Below, in pieces: positions 26,673-39,075 of a stretch of 64,000 bases of DNA (position 1 is its first letter; every line of letters begins with the position of its first letter). The position numbers were made by a program, and so were the translations under genes. The notes beneath the pieces were generated by a model. It did no database searches. It worked only from the letters and a program-made list of their open reading frames with translations, and had not been told where the DNA came from. This DNA is from Paraphysomonas bandaiensis (taxonomy: Eukaryota; Protista; Chrysophyceae), in the NCBI GenBank assembly GCA_965644295.1, contig CBFFRP010000408.1, forward strand, positions 200,983-264,982, given 5' to 3'.

Positions 26673-29658
26673 CTAATCTAATATATCAGGAAAGAGTACG
26701 ACCTTTCTGTCTTCTGACCTTTTTCTCGCTCTAACCATACGACGTAATTCATTGGATGCATCATAGTTCGAAAAGTCGCAGAGAACTTTGGGAGTCCCAA
26801 TACTGGCATAGAAAATTAATTCAGAAAAAATGCACTGGAGTGCTTCTCACCTCTCAGTCCCAATTTTACCTCCATTCGAATTGTCCAATTCTATGTCAAC
26901 ACTCCATATTTTCCCAAGAAACTCACCAATGTATGCCACACCTGCTCTGTCAGAAGTGTATGACCTTCTAACAGCAATTGATCTGGGCCACACAATTGCA
27001 TTCGATCCGAGGCCATTGTACACGCTCAAACGGGACATCGTAAAGCTGTCCTCGCTAAGAATATTCACCTGGTTGTTGCTGGTATCGGGAACAGAAATGT
27101 ACCTAATGACATGACATAAACCAAAAAAACATTAACGGATAGTGACTCACTGTTCATTCCATGATTTAAAAGTTGAGTTTGCATTTGACGCCAAGGGAAA
27201 TACTCCAATACCATCAAACCGCGACGATGTGGGAGCTCTAAGGACCCGAGTCATCCAGCGCGGCGTGTTTTGTAACGCCGGTGCAAGCCCCAGAGCATCA
27301 GAAAAAGTCGTGGATATCAACGAAAGTTGGTGCAACTCTAGCTTATACACACTTCCTTCAAAAAATGTCATGTATATGTATCTGTGATCAATATTAGTAA
27401 ATCTATCTTTGAAACCGAAATAACCTACCCTCTGGCAACATCCCCCGCCAGTCCTCTAGGTTCTTGCAGACCTTTCAGTATAACAACATCTTCGGACGAA
27501 TTTGGCGAGATTGTAGTTCCAGGAACTGCGCACAATTGAGTTCAAGAGGGCATATACAAATTAACATGTACCCTGCGAAGACAGTAATAGTCGTCCAAGC
27601 ACGCCCCTCTCGGCGTCAATATAGAATAGATATTGATCGCTTATCCCACCTTCGCTGATATGGATCGGCAGGATGCCATACACTCTCTTCGCCTGTCCCA
27701 TACACATTATCATACATCAGCACACCTTACCCAAAATATAGAGCACGACTTATCTTACCCCGTCCATGACAACCTCAAGGGATTGTCCAGTTGCAGTACA
27801 TCTATATATTCTATGTGATCCTAAATCAGACCAGTAGATATATGTGTTCGCAGAATGTGTCATATAAGGAGAGTTGATAGGGTAGGCTACAGTGTAGGGC
27901 CTAAATGGGTAACTCGTGTCCGTTATTTTTGAGACAACAGCACGCTTTGAATTTCCTCGTGAAATTGTCAGGGGCTGCAGGTGAATGCCGGTGGAAAGAG
28001 AGGTCACAGTAGACACCACAACATCATTATCTTCCACTTTATCCGTCCCCCTCAAGTGAACCACAGTGCATAAGATTTTCATAGGATTCACCAATTCAAT
28101 CCGAGAGCAGTTCATATCTTTCACAGTGATATATTTAATGTCATTCATAGAGTGCGCAAGATTGTAACCCTGAATGGCTATAGTTTTGACACCAGAAACA
28201 AATCTGTTAATATCTACCATAATATATTACACTCAATTTATGCGATCACTAAACACTGACCTTCTCCAGACTCCTTCATAGAATATAGTCCTTCTTGGGT
28301 GGTAAACAGCAGTCTGCAGAGAAATTATTAGTTTCCGACGACAGGGGAAGATCAACATAAACGACGTACTCGCTATTGTCTTCCCGATCCCCGCGATAGC
28401 CCAGAGACAGGCCTGTGATGTAAGCATCTCTATCTCCTACAGTAAATTCCTCAATAAGGTTTGTTTTAGTTTCCGTGTTTGTTCCTATCATGCCGAGGCC
28501 TCCTCCTAGCATGCGTACAGCGGTGAACCCATGGCCTTTGTACTGGTCAAATGTATCTACTGACGTGTCACTTTCAATAATTTCGTCGGTAATGACAGGA
28601 AAAGCATCTACAGACTCTTCAGCTTTACCAGGGATATATACCGACTTCGGATAGCTAGATAACCGGGGGTAGAAGCTCTCTGTTGTGCTAGGAGTATTAC
28701 CCGATGCCAGGCAGTCGGGTTTATCGTAAGGGCACCCTTTAAAACATCCAATAGTGTAGGGTTGAAATGTCGGAGAGGGGACTGTGCTTACACAACATTT
28801 ACTCTCCACCCGAGAGCAGTTCCCGGCGTTGTTTACGTATTCACTACACTCCCCGGTTCCTTGCTCACCGCTGATGTAGTACCGATACATGTATTCATCA
28901 ACGCCCTCTAACTGGAAATATAAGCCGTTACATTCGTCTAAACAGAATACGGGGTGTGACCCTTCCACGCCACAAGGCATCATAAGGATACCCGTTGGGC
29001 CAACAGGTCCGTATACTGGAAATCCATCCAGTGCCCAACCAACTTGAGGACTGTGCGCAATCACGTCTATATTCTCATTCAGCATCGTGTCCGCTAACTG
29101 GTTGAGCAGACATGCCGGCGGAATGTGATAATGATACATTCCACGGTCATCAACATGCCCGCCGCATTTGTCAAAACTACGTGCATCAGCTGCTACTGCA
29201 TCCCCACAATATTTTGTGCCGTCGCGAATGCCAATAATGTCACAAGACTTGTCCCCTGAGCTTTGTCCCCCAACACTAGGCTTCACACACCTCGGCACTG
29301 TGTTGCTCATACTCTCAATGCCAACTCCATTAAGGGCCATAGCTACGGTTCCATTGGCACAGGTTGTGTCCGTCGTTTCAATTGCAATAACCGGATAGAG
29401 CGGTATTTCGAAATACATATCCGTATGAGCGGCTCTGGTGGATATTTCACCCGCACACTCTGACTCCTGACACACACTGAAGTGGTTGGGACAAGAGTTT
29501 GACGACAGCACCCTCTTCCGCCTGGTGAAATCAATGGACTCCGAGTAGTGCCAGTCTTTACCAGCAGTGTCGCATAAGGAGCCGTTAGTATGCAGAGAGA
29601 GGGAACAGAGGGCAAGAAATGCAGTCACGATCACATGCGAGTGGCTGAAGGAGCGCAT
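26673..29658 (-). CDS. Secreted YHYH-domain protein with IPT/TIG-like and YWTD/LDLR-propeller-like C-terminal regions
   Basis: Signal peptide; MALNGV, DKCGGH, YHYH, GWALDGFPVYGP and LDECNG motifs. Downstream exons contain IAIQGYNL...CTV and YIYWSDLGSHRIYR. Exon boundaries and 3' end approximate. Confidence 0.7.
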
Positions 29659-30003
29659 GTCTGTGCCGTGTTACAGTTATAAGCTACTTTAAGTGTTGTG
29701 TTATGTACGTGTATAATACACAGCCACAGACTGGAACTGCATGCAAGCCTGAAGGTGTGACAGCTGTATGTTCTCTCACTTCGCCTCTTAAAGTACCTCT
29801 ATGCGCAGTATGGCAGACTGTTGAGTGAGGTGCGGTGAGTTCCAGTTACATAGCAGCTCATACTATACTGTAGTCCAGTGTATACCGGTATACCGCATGA
29901 AATACAGATCTTGCAACGTACAGGAGGGTATTGTATACTATATACGTATTTTCATGTATTCTCAACGTATAAAAAGTCCCTTCTGAATCTCTTCATGTAT
30001 GGG

Positions 30004-30131
30004 CAGTCAGCATCTTATTTTTTCGGTAATTAATTGAAGCAAAATTCTTCTATATAACTACAATACAACTACGGCTGTAATACAGATAATTGTTGTCTCA
30101 ATATTAGAGGCATCTTGGAATAAAAATATAC
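30004..30131 (+). repeat. Dispersed ~125-bp repeat R2, copy 1
   Basis: Closely similar to 49059-49184 (AGTCAGCATCTTATTTTT...ACTACAATACAACTACGGCTG...CAGATAATTGTTGTCTCAATATTAGAGGCATC). Confidence 0.85.
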
Positions 30132-30388
30132 GAAGGATGCCGATCTCAATAAAATTTTGTCCATTTCGTCCAATGCAGCTGCCGATTTCTTCCTACTTTA
30201 GAGGAGTCGTCCACATGCTTGTATAGATCCAGCGAATAGCGAAATGATTAGCGTCCAAACAACTGCATCAGTAAAGCCGACATTCCGCGAAACTGTCAAG
30301 ATAAAGAAAGCTAATTCTTCCGTATCCAGCCAGCATCTTGCAATATCTAACACAGAATAACCCCCTAGAACCCTCGTATATCTCTATG

Positions 30389-30390
<2 letters not shown>

Positions 30391-30419
<29 letters not shown>

Positions 30420-30466
30420 TGTATGTATGTATGTATGTATGTATGTATGTATGTATGTATGTATGT
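30391..30466. repeat. (ATGT)19 microsatellite
   Basis: Perfect tetranucleotide run of 76 bp. Confidence 0.95.
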
Positions 30467-30669
30467 TGAACACTCTCATGTATATACACTCATATACACA
30501 CTCTCATGTATGGGTGAACAGACAGCTGGCGATTTAAAAAAAAGAAGTGGGAGAGCGACAAGTTGCAAGGTGGCTAAACGACAAACCCTTATTGAAACGG
30601 CTGCGCTGCTTGGCATTCGGGAATGGTATTGGAGGGAAAGTTGAATGAACCCTACCGTCGAGAATAAGC

Positions 30670-31330
30670 TGAAGTGCCTGAAGAAGATGGCTTTCATTAT
30701 CTCCGAAGATTACACACTCTGGAGAAAGCCAAAGGTGATGAGATGGAGCTCTTACTCAGGAATGGTTCAATCATTCCGAATACCCACCTGAATGGCTTGC
30801 ATTCTATATTCTTGGACTTCCATCTGGGGACCGAGCTCTTGAGAACCACAGGAGTAGTAGTGATAAAGCAACCAATTCTAAGCGCAAATTCGACTTGGAA
30901 AGTTCGACTGTCCTCGGTAGAGAAATGTCGAACAGGAAACCAAGACAGCGCAGGAATGTTACCAGCCCAGAGAGAGACTGACAGAGCAGTGGCCCATCAA
31001 AAAAATGAATCATATCATTATACATATGACTGGTATGGAAGTCGACCAGACTCCCTTACACACAGAAAGGAAGAGCGGCGATCAAACTCATTGAGAAACA
31101 GATTTACGTTATTGGGATAATGGGATTATTCTCGGCGATCAAGAGATTAACAAGCAAAGACTGAGCGATCTATATGAGAATTGTTCAATTTACTTGGCTG
31201 CGAACTACAGGAGTATCGTGCGAGACTTAAAGATAAGCCCTTTTAAAATTGAAATTCCTAATTGTCTGAGAAATATCGGTACTCATTTGACGCTATTGTG
31301 GCCGAAAGAGTACTGCAACGAATAGAACAA
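30670..31330 (+). pseudogene. Possible degenerate hAT transposase fragment
   Basis: Frame-broken LRRLHTL...MRWSSYSGM resembles the hAT TRWxS motif; many stops. Weak. Confidence 0.3.
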
Positions 31331-31580
31331 TCATAAGAAAGATCGTCTTGCATACTCATTCTCTAAATGATATAATGGTGTTTACGTGTAGTGCACCTGT
31401 GTCGTAATATTGTAATAGTATCCGATGGCAGTCTGACTTTCACGAATTTATCTTGTATCTTGCTTGTTAAATTAGCAACTAGCCACACGAGCATAGTATT
31501 TCGTCCATTGTTTTGAACACGTCAACATATGGCGAGGATAATGCATTTATCCTCCGGACAACGCATGTAATTATGTACTC

Positions 31581-31671
31581 CAGGGCCTGGTAACTGGTAA
31601 CCGTTAATCGTAGTCCAGTTTCTAGTTCCCGGCCCTTTTTTGCCACTACCATTAACGGTTAACAGGCCCTG
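31581..31671. mobile_element. 91-bp hAT-type MITE
   Basis: TIRs CAGGGCCTGGTAAC / GTTAACAGGCCCTG (13/14 match), flanked by a perfect 8-bp target-site duplication ATGTACTC (31573-31580 and 31672-31679). Confidence 0.9.
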
Positions 31672-31884
31672 ATGTACTCTGCTCGTGTCAACAAAGAAAC
31701 AGTGCTGTATAAAACAGTTGTATCATGAAAAATTATATGATGCAATAAGCACCACTTGCATAAGTGCAAATTGATATATAAACAAATAAATACTAATTGA
31801 CATCTATCGTTTATCGGGAAGTAAATTCGTACACTAAGCACACTATAGACACTGAGTGGAGAAGAACGACGACAAACTTGGCAA

Positions 31885-33183
31885 CTATAACCTAATATCG
31901 TCATCAAAATCAAAACAGCCATCTGTAACAACATCCGATAACGAATCGTCCAGTGCATCATCGAACGCCTTCAACTCAAGCTCAACCTGAAATGTAGAAT
32001 TAGGTAATAAAATGGAGTCCCACTGTTATTCACGCATCACCTGACTAAGTGTACAGTACGCTATCGTCGAAGAATTCTCTTTCTCGGCATACTTTATACG
32101 CTTGTATATCCCTACAGAAATCATAGCGATAGCAATCCCTGTGGCATTAAGGACATTCATATGATCGCGGAACACTATCATGCTAAGCAGTATCTGAATC
32201 AATTCTTTGACTTGGCCTAAGACGCCCATGGTAAGTGAAGACGTGAGATTGACAAGATGAACCTCAGTAGTGATCAGTAAAAATGCTATTCCTCCTCCTA
32301 CAGCAATCAAAGTGGCTGTCGCTGCCAGCCCAGCCGAAGAGGAACTCGAATAAAATGTCGACTGAAAAAACGGGACGACTTCAGTTACGAGGGCGACTGG
32401 TGTGATGGCCAGGGCGCTGGCTGGAGAAAACCGATGAATCGATACAAACACATTCCGGGAGTGATCGTCGACAGCCATTAGCTTTTGCACTAGGGCCCAC
32501 CGCACGCCTCCGGCAGCTGCTGCGCAAAGAACCATAATCACTCCCACAAGTGAAACGTCAGTACTTGTAGCCACAGCTAGCCCAATGCCTCCCACGATAC
32601 CAAGAACAGCACAAAATGTTGAAAGCCTAAATATCTCGATATTGAAAAGTACACCCCACAAAAACACCCATATAAGTACAGTACCCTTAATAATTGTATA
32701 CAGGGTGAGGCTGATATATAACAACGAGAAATTGGACAACATGACGTCGAGGGCCGTCGAGACGCCGATGGGTGCTGCGACGGTTAAGTATTGCCACCAC
32801 GAAATGGGCTCTACACTAGCCCCTTGATCAACACAAGCCCAAATTCTTGATATCAAAAACTGCATGCACATATGAATAGATGTGTATATTATCGGAAATT
32901 CGAAGCCTCCTGAGGTGGCGATGTAAGGAAACAAGAATATAATGTAACAAAACCAGCTCACCGTGATACTCATTAAGAAACCACTACATAACATATCAGG
33001 AAATAAAACACACTAGTCACCAACATACCTTATTAAAAATGGTAAAGCACACGCTTATGCAGTACCTGCGCAACACTGTCAGGAGATGGGGCGACAACAG
33101 ACGACTCACCAGCGAGCTGTGTACGCAGCAATCAGAATTACCGCCAATGTATCTTGCAGTCTGCCGGGGTCGATGTGGCTCAT
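31885..33183 (-). CDS. Triose-phosphate/nucleotide-sugar transporter family protein (SLC35C2-like)
   Basis: About 10 TM helices; FEFPIIYTSIHM, PIGVSTALDVMLSNFSLLYISLTLYTIIK, GVRWALVQKL, TSSLTMGVLGQVKE. Confidence 0.85.
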
Positions 33184-33737
33184 CTTAGTCAGTCTGCCTT
33201 TAAGCGTCCAGTGGACTGCGAAAAGAGCCACCGTAGCGACCAAACTCGAGGCAAAATACACCCACAGCACAGTAAACTCCGCCATACTCAGATATCAATT
33301 GCAGTAGAGCTAAAGGTACACCATACTGGAGCACGATAAGACAGACCTCTGGTTGGTCTGTTGCTGTCTCTACTCCCCTCGACCTGCAGAGAGATGCCAG
33401 ATTCTCATTACAGCAGGGCGCATCTAGCCGGGAGAGACAGCAGCACACTAGATTGAAATACAGTACTACGGCACTGTATATTGGATAGATATGGGGACTG
33501 CTGTATACGATGGTATACTCAGAATACAGCCACTTAACGGTATCTGTCATATGGAAGCGTGTATGTATATGTATGTGTATGTGTATGTGTATGTATGTAG
33601 ACAGAGCAGCTCTTTCAGTTGATAGCATCACGGAGCAGCACAGCAGTGCTGACATAAGAAGATGCCCGCTCGATCTCATGCTGCATAAGAGAGAGTGATA
33701 TTTATACCTTAGTGTTGTGTCCAGGAGGAGCAGCAGC

Positions 33738-36424
33738 ATGTCAACAGCTGTAGCTCTAGGAGATAAAGTGAGGAAGAAGGAGGCTATGGAGACTCTCGTC
33801 GAGGAGATATCGAGAGGGGAGGATGAGGGTCTCGCACCGTCACTGCGGAGTGCACTTGAGCGTGGCTGGGGCTTTAAAATAACTGATACGATATCTGAAG
33901 CGAAGGAGAGGCGCGAGAAGGAGATCGACAAGATATGCTCACGACACTACAGCGACTTTCTCGCATCTGTAAAAGAACTGCTAGCTATGAGAGGGTCCGC
34001 AGACATGATATACAAGTCCATCACTGATGTTCATGAAGTATTTGAAGCTGCGTATCAAGATTTGTCAGGCGTGTTGAAAACTTTGGAGATGCTACAGACA
34101 GAGCGGGAGAATAGCCGTCAAGCCCTTTTGGATATCGAGCGATGTAGAGAGCTTACTGGGCTTATGGTAAAAGCTAAAGAGTTTATTGCTTCAGAAGATT
34201 ACTACCGCGCGCTGTCGACGATTGAGACTTTGAGGGACGAGTTAAACCGGGTTGGCATGCGTCCATTTGCCTCTATTTTACTGACCTGGCTAGCCTCCCT
34301 GACTGACCAGCTGTTGGCGGCATCTAAGCTTGACCTCCAGGCATGGCTAGGCGAGATGCGTGACCGCAATTCTCTAATTGGAGAGACAGTGTTACACTTA
34401 AGCGCAGCACTCTTCCTACGTGAAACTGAAAGGCCAGGGGATGACTTGGATGCTTTTTCTGATCCCACAACTATGTCACTTGAGATGGTGCACCGTCTTT
34501 CCGAAATGTACGACTGGGACCTTCTAGATTACGACTCTCAAACGAACTCCACCATCCCTGAGGACTTTACAGCTGCTCTTCCGGCTGAGGGAAGACGATA
34601 TTTTGAGAGTATTACAGAATCGTTAGGCCCACTGCACAAGTCGCTACATATGCATACCCAGTTGGGCAAGCTACCTCAGCTGCAAAGTATATATTGCGAG
34701 AGTCGAGAGCTAATCATTGTTCACAACTTAATCAACAATAGTCTGGAGCCTCGAATAGCCAAGCATGGGTTTTCTGTCGCACTTGCAGATGTGCTCCGTT
34801 CTGTGGTGGGATTCTTCGCGGTTGAGAGTATCATTAGACGCTCTGTGAACAATGCAGAAGGAGGGGGCGTTTTCACCTGGAACCAATTGAAGGATCTCTG
34901 GGTCATTGCCTGCACTCAAGTTAGGGAGTTTTGTTTCAAGCACGCGGGTGCCATTGAATCCCCCGCTGCAATGCTGTGCGTGAAGGAACAATTGCTCCTG
35001 GCCAGCGAAACTCTCGCGGACGACGCCTTCGGGCTGAAGGATGGTGCACTCATGGAAGCGTGCGGAGTACTTTGGGACGCTTTTCTTGATCTACAGGTAC
35101 AAAGTACCAGAGATGCGTTTACGAATTACGTGACATATCAGCCCATACACGTTACGTCAGTAGATATGCACGAAAGTCGAATCAAGCCATTTTTCATTGA
35201 CAAAGCCCATTTCTCCCTTGACGACCACATGGGTGGGGGAGGGCAACATAGAGCATCCACTCATGCTAATCTGGATGCACTAGAAGAGGCACAGATGGAG
35301 TCTTTGCGGAATGCTTCGAGCACTCTTGATAGCAGTGATGATATTAACGGCACAGAGGATTCTGTGATTGGGTTCATCGGTGATCACTCTACATTTGTTC
35401 CTCATACCTTGCCATTCTCTGAGACTGTCCCGTCACTGATGAGACACCTTACATTTTTAGTAATTAGGTTTTCCCAATTTGTAGTACATAATGAGGGACT
35501 TGGTGAGCGGGGTGCGTCGGTCTGCAGTACTGTGGAGCGGGCCATAAACGCCATCGTCGATATGTTCAGAGAAGAGCTCACACGAGATGGTCCAGAAACT
35601 CCTCTATCTAAAGCATGTCAGATATCAATTGACGCCGCGACGTTGTCCTACTGTTGTATGGAGTTCAGGAGTACGATCGCAAACATGCTTGTTCAAGCCA
35701 ACTGGATTGAATCTATTGACTCACACCTGGATGAGGTTATAGTACGATGCAAAACCAATCTGGACAAACTGTCCCTTCAGGCGCAGGACTTGATATTTGA
35801 GCTTCTGAATACGAAGGTTATCGACCTTCTCGGCGACCTTTGTTTTGTGAATTGGGTTCCATCTTTGCTTCCTGCAGGCCCTCATGAGTGTATCGAGGAG
35901 ATTGTGGACTATCTACGAGTCACCTTTATGTGGCTCACGTACCTCCCACAGACTGTGAGAGATGCAGCGCACTTCACATGCTGCTCTAGGATTAACCAAG
36001 ACATATTAACATTCTTAATTTCTCCGAAGGTGCAGCACATGAACATGCTGAGCATAAAGGCCCTGCAACTTGATTTCAAACATTTAGATGACTTTTCAAG
36101 TAGTTGTGGTGTACCTCAGCTGAGGGAGTGTTTCTCTGAAGGTCGCGGACTAATAAATGCACTTCTGCATCGGGACCTGCACAGATTTGGCGAGAATCCT
36201 GTAATACGAAGAGCAAATTTTCCGGTGCTTGATCCCTACAAGCTTTCCTTATTAGCAGAGAAGGTATGTCCAAAGTGTTGAGTATATGTACTTCAATCTG
36301 ATAATGCATGGCATATTAGGTGGTTCCTCTCCCCCCAGGAGCACAAACTCACTCTTCGATTCCTATTTATGACAAGAAAACTTTGGCGACTATCAGTAAA
36401 TCTTTAAAAAATGCCAAGTCTTAG
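33738..36424 (+). CDS. SEC15: Exocyst complex component SEC15/EXOC6
   Basis: REKEIDKICSRHYSDFLASVKELL, YYRALSTIETL, VVGFFAVE, LPFSETVP, KACQISID, IVDYLRVTF..LP; last exon 36320-36424. Confidence 0.85.
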
Positions 36425-37020
36425 AATTTTTATATAAGAATAATACATAGTGTTTGTTGATGTTTTTTGTGTCAAGTACTAAACGTACTTTCACATTGCG
36501 ATGAAAATTACAATTCTGAATGAATAGATGATACGCTGTCGCTATTTCAGTGTGATTTGTGCTTACATTTCATAATATTTGTCTCGCTTTCTAGGTGTAG
36601 GGCGTGAAAAACGATGCTAAATTTATTATTCACTATCCGCAACAGCCACCTATACTTACAGCGAAAATATATACAATATAAGATGTTTGGTAAAGTAAAA
36701 CTAGAACTGTTGGAAAATAAAACAGCATCTAATCCAACAATATCAATGATGTACAGTTATATTGGTAGATGTGGTTGAAATATATGCACTATTGCTAAAG
36801 AATTTCGGGACAAGGGACCGAGTCAATAATATTGATTGTATGGTATCTTGGGCAGTCAGAATGTGTACAGCTATGATGAATCAAACAATCAAACGAACTG
36901 CAAATCCTTTCAACATGACTGCTCTTTGGTTTCATGACAACCATTTTCAGTTTATAGTTTTTGTGAGAGCGGTTGATGCGTGTTGTTACCATATTTGTAC
37001 ATTTCAATTGACACAAATAT

Positions 37021-37072
37021 CAGGGCCTGGTAACCATTAATGGCCCATTAGTAGTAGTCCAGTTCCCGGAAA
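37021..37072 (+). mobile_element. Isolated left end of the CAGGGCCTG hAT/MITE family
   Basis: CAGGGCCTGGTAACCATTAAT...GTAGTCCAGTTCCCGG matches the start of the MITE at 31581; no matching right end recognised. Confidence 0.65.
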
Positions 37073-37214
37073 TTATAATTATCGTAAATACATAAGTAGA
37101 TAATACCTCTCATAAGAAATAGTGTGATGCTCGTTCACTTATCGTTCATTTATAACTACTTACACTAGTTTTTTTACACCAAAATTAGTGTGACTAGTAG
37201 AGGTAGTAGTACAA

Positions 37215-37550
37215 AAATGCCTTGTTATTAGCAATATGCGTTTATAAGGGTCAGTGGTTAACACTGATATCTTAACATTTAACGCTACGAAAGAAACTTC
37301 TGTGTCACTTCAAGCACTCAGGTGCAACCACTTTCGCTCTATCACACAGTGAGCACAAGCAGAATGTTGACATACCTTCCATCTGCTTACTTCAGGATTA
37401 TTAAGTCCTTAAGGTGGGCCGATTCCCGTGTGCTTGACTTCAGCAGGCAGCCCATAATACCCCGAATGCCCTTGAGGTGGGGTATCTCCGGCACTTATCC
37501 CCCAGAACACCTCGAAAAGGGTGTGACTACGAAATTTAACTATTTTGACT
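37215..37550 (+). repeat. R1 repeat copy (diverged)
   Basis: TTATTAGCAATATGCGT, TTTAACGCTACGAAAG, GGTGCAACCACTT, TGCTTGACTTCAGCAGGCAGCCC. Confidence 0.75.
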
Positions 37551-37619
37551 ATAGGCTAAATAATATTTCCACAAAGTTTTAAATATGTCCCTCGCCCACA
37601 CGAAGTTCTTTTATGCATC

Positions 37620-38137
37620 ATGCGTATCAATGCAACCCGTTTAACAGAAAGTGATTCTGAGTCTGAAGAACAAGTGTCAGACCCAGAATCAGATTGTCAT
37701 CGTTCGTCACCAACATTCGCAGTTGGTGAACTAGTTTCTAATATACACAATTTAAGAGGTATTATTTCTGAGGTAAGCAGCGACATGTATGTGTAACACA
37801 TATATTTAATCAATAAATGTAAGAGATATATATACTCAGGTACACAGCGACAATACTTACGATATCAAATATAATGATGGACAGTATGACAACAACCTAG
37901 CGGCAAGTTACTTGAGGCACATAAAAGGTTAGTATATATAATAATATGATTATTATGTAAACGTTATAATATATTATATATTATACAGTAACTTCGTCAA
38001 AGAAAAGGACTAAAAAACAGCAATGGGAAATAGTGACAGAGCCTACAACCGAATGGGTGGATCAAGGCGCTCTCTCATCTGAGAATGTTGTGACCGGAAA
38101 ACGTCGACGTAGTAGTGGGGTATCGTACAAAGAATAG
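37620..38137 (+). CDS. Small three-exon gene or gene fragment: acidic patch, Tudor-like domain and CHZ-like basic tail
   Basis: Exons 37620-37772, 37840-37927 and 37989-38137; canonical GT-AG introns splice into one open frame. FAVGELV...RGIISEVHSDNTYDIKYNDGQYD is Tudor-like; SSENVVTGKRRRSSGVSYKE follows. Confidence 0.6.
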
Positions 38138-39075
38138 CTTTATATTATGCTTGACGGAAGAGCTTGAACTGTATAATATATGTGTGTAGTCGGTGACTTT
38201 TATTGCTGTAAAACTGAAGTATTATGGAAGAAATTAGTAAAAAATATTATAAATAATACTTTTCACACTGTCATTAACTTCATAGTTACTTATTGTGCAT
38301 AGTTATACCCTTTTCCGACCATCACCAAAAATTTCACCAGGTTATACATCAAAACCCAGGTTTTGGTATTACCTCGACTTATGATGTGTACTAGTCGTCG
38401 CATTATCATAGGATACTAGGTTTTGATGTGAAATGTGTGGCTGCATTATAGAGCAACTAAATGCAATAGTTTAGGGCCACTGAAGCAATTATAACGTTAA
38501 TGACGAATAAAGTACACAGTAGTTTAAATAATATTTTTACAATAGATTAATGAAGTGTATAAAATATAGTAGGTAAATAAGATAATTAGTTATTGGCTGA
38601 CTGTAAATATATATATATCCAATATATACTGAAAAAAGTCTATCACAATTACAATTTAATTAAATTGAGTGTGGTGTGTACAGAGTGCAATATGTAAATT
38701 ACTGATTGTATAGTACAGTTAATAACTACTTATCGAGAAAACAATATTTCAAGTTGCCTGACAATATTGCTAATCATAAAGTGATAACTACTGTCGCCAC
38801 ACACTTTAGACTGATATTCACCAGCCAGTACTTTAAGTCTCTAATTTGAGTTGTAAATGTTCTAAGTTTGGATATTTCTTAATCGCTGACGTACCGCAGT
38901 TAATTTTAAACACATTCGGCACATTTATACGGATATAATAATATATAAAATAGTGAAAGGGAATTTCATTCGAAAGTATGTGCCGACATGGATATATCAT
39001 TCATACCGTTGCATAAGACAATATATTCTTGCAAGCGATGTTGGCTAATAGTTTATTATTAATTACACTGTTGTA

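Noticed and set aside
30268-30644. ORFs with HTYI/MYVC repeats
   Set aside because: Artefacts of the (ATGT)n microsatellite.
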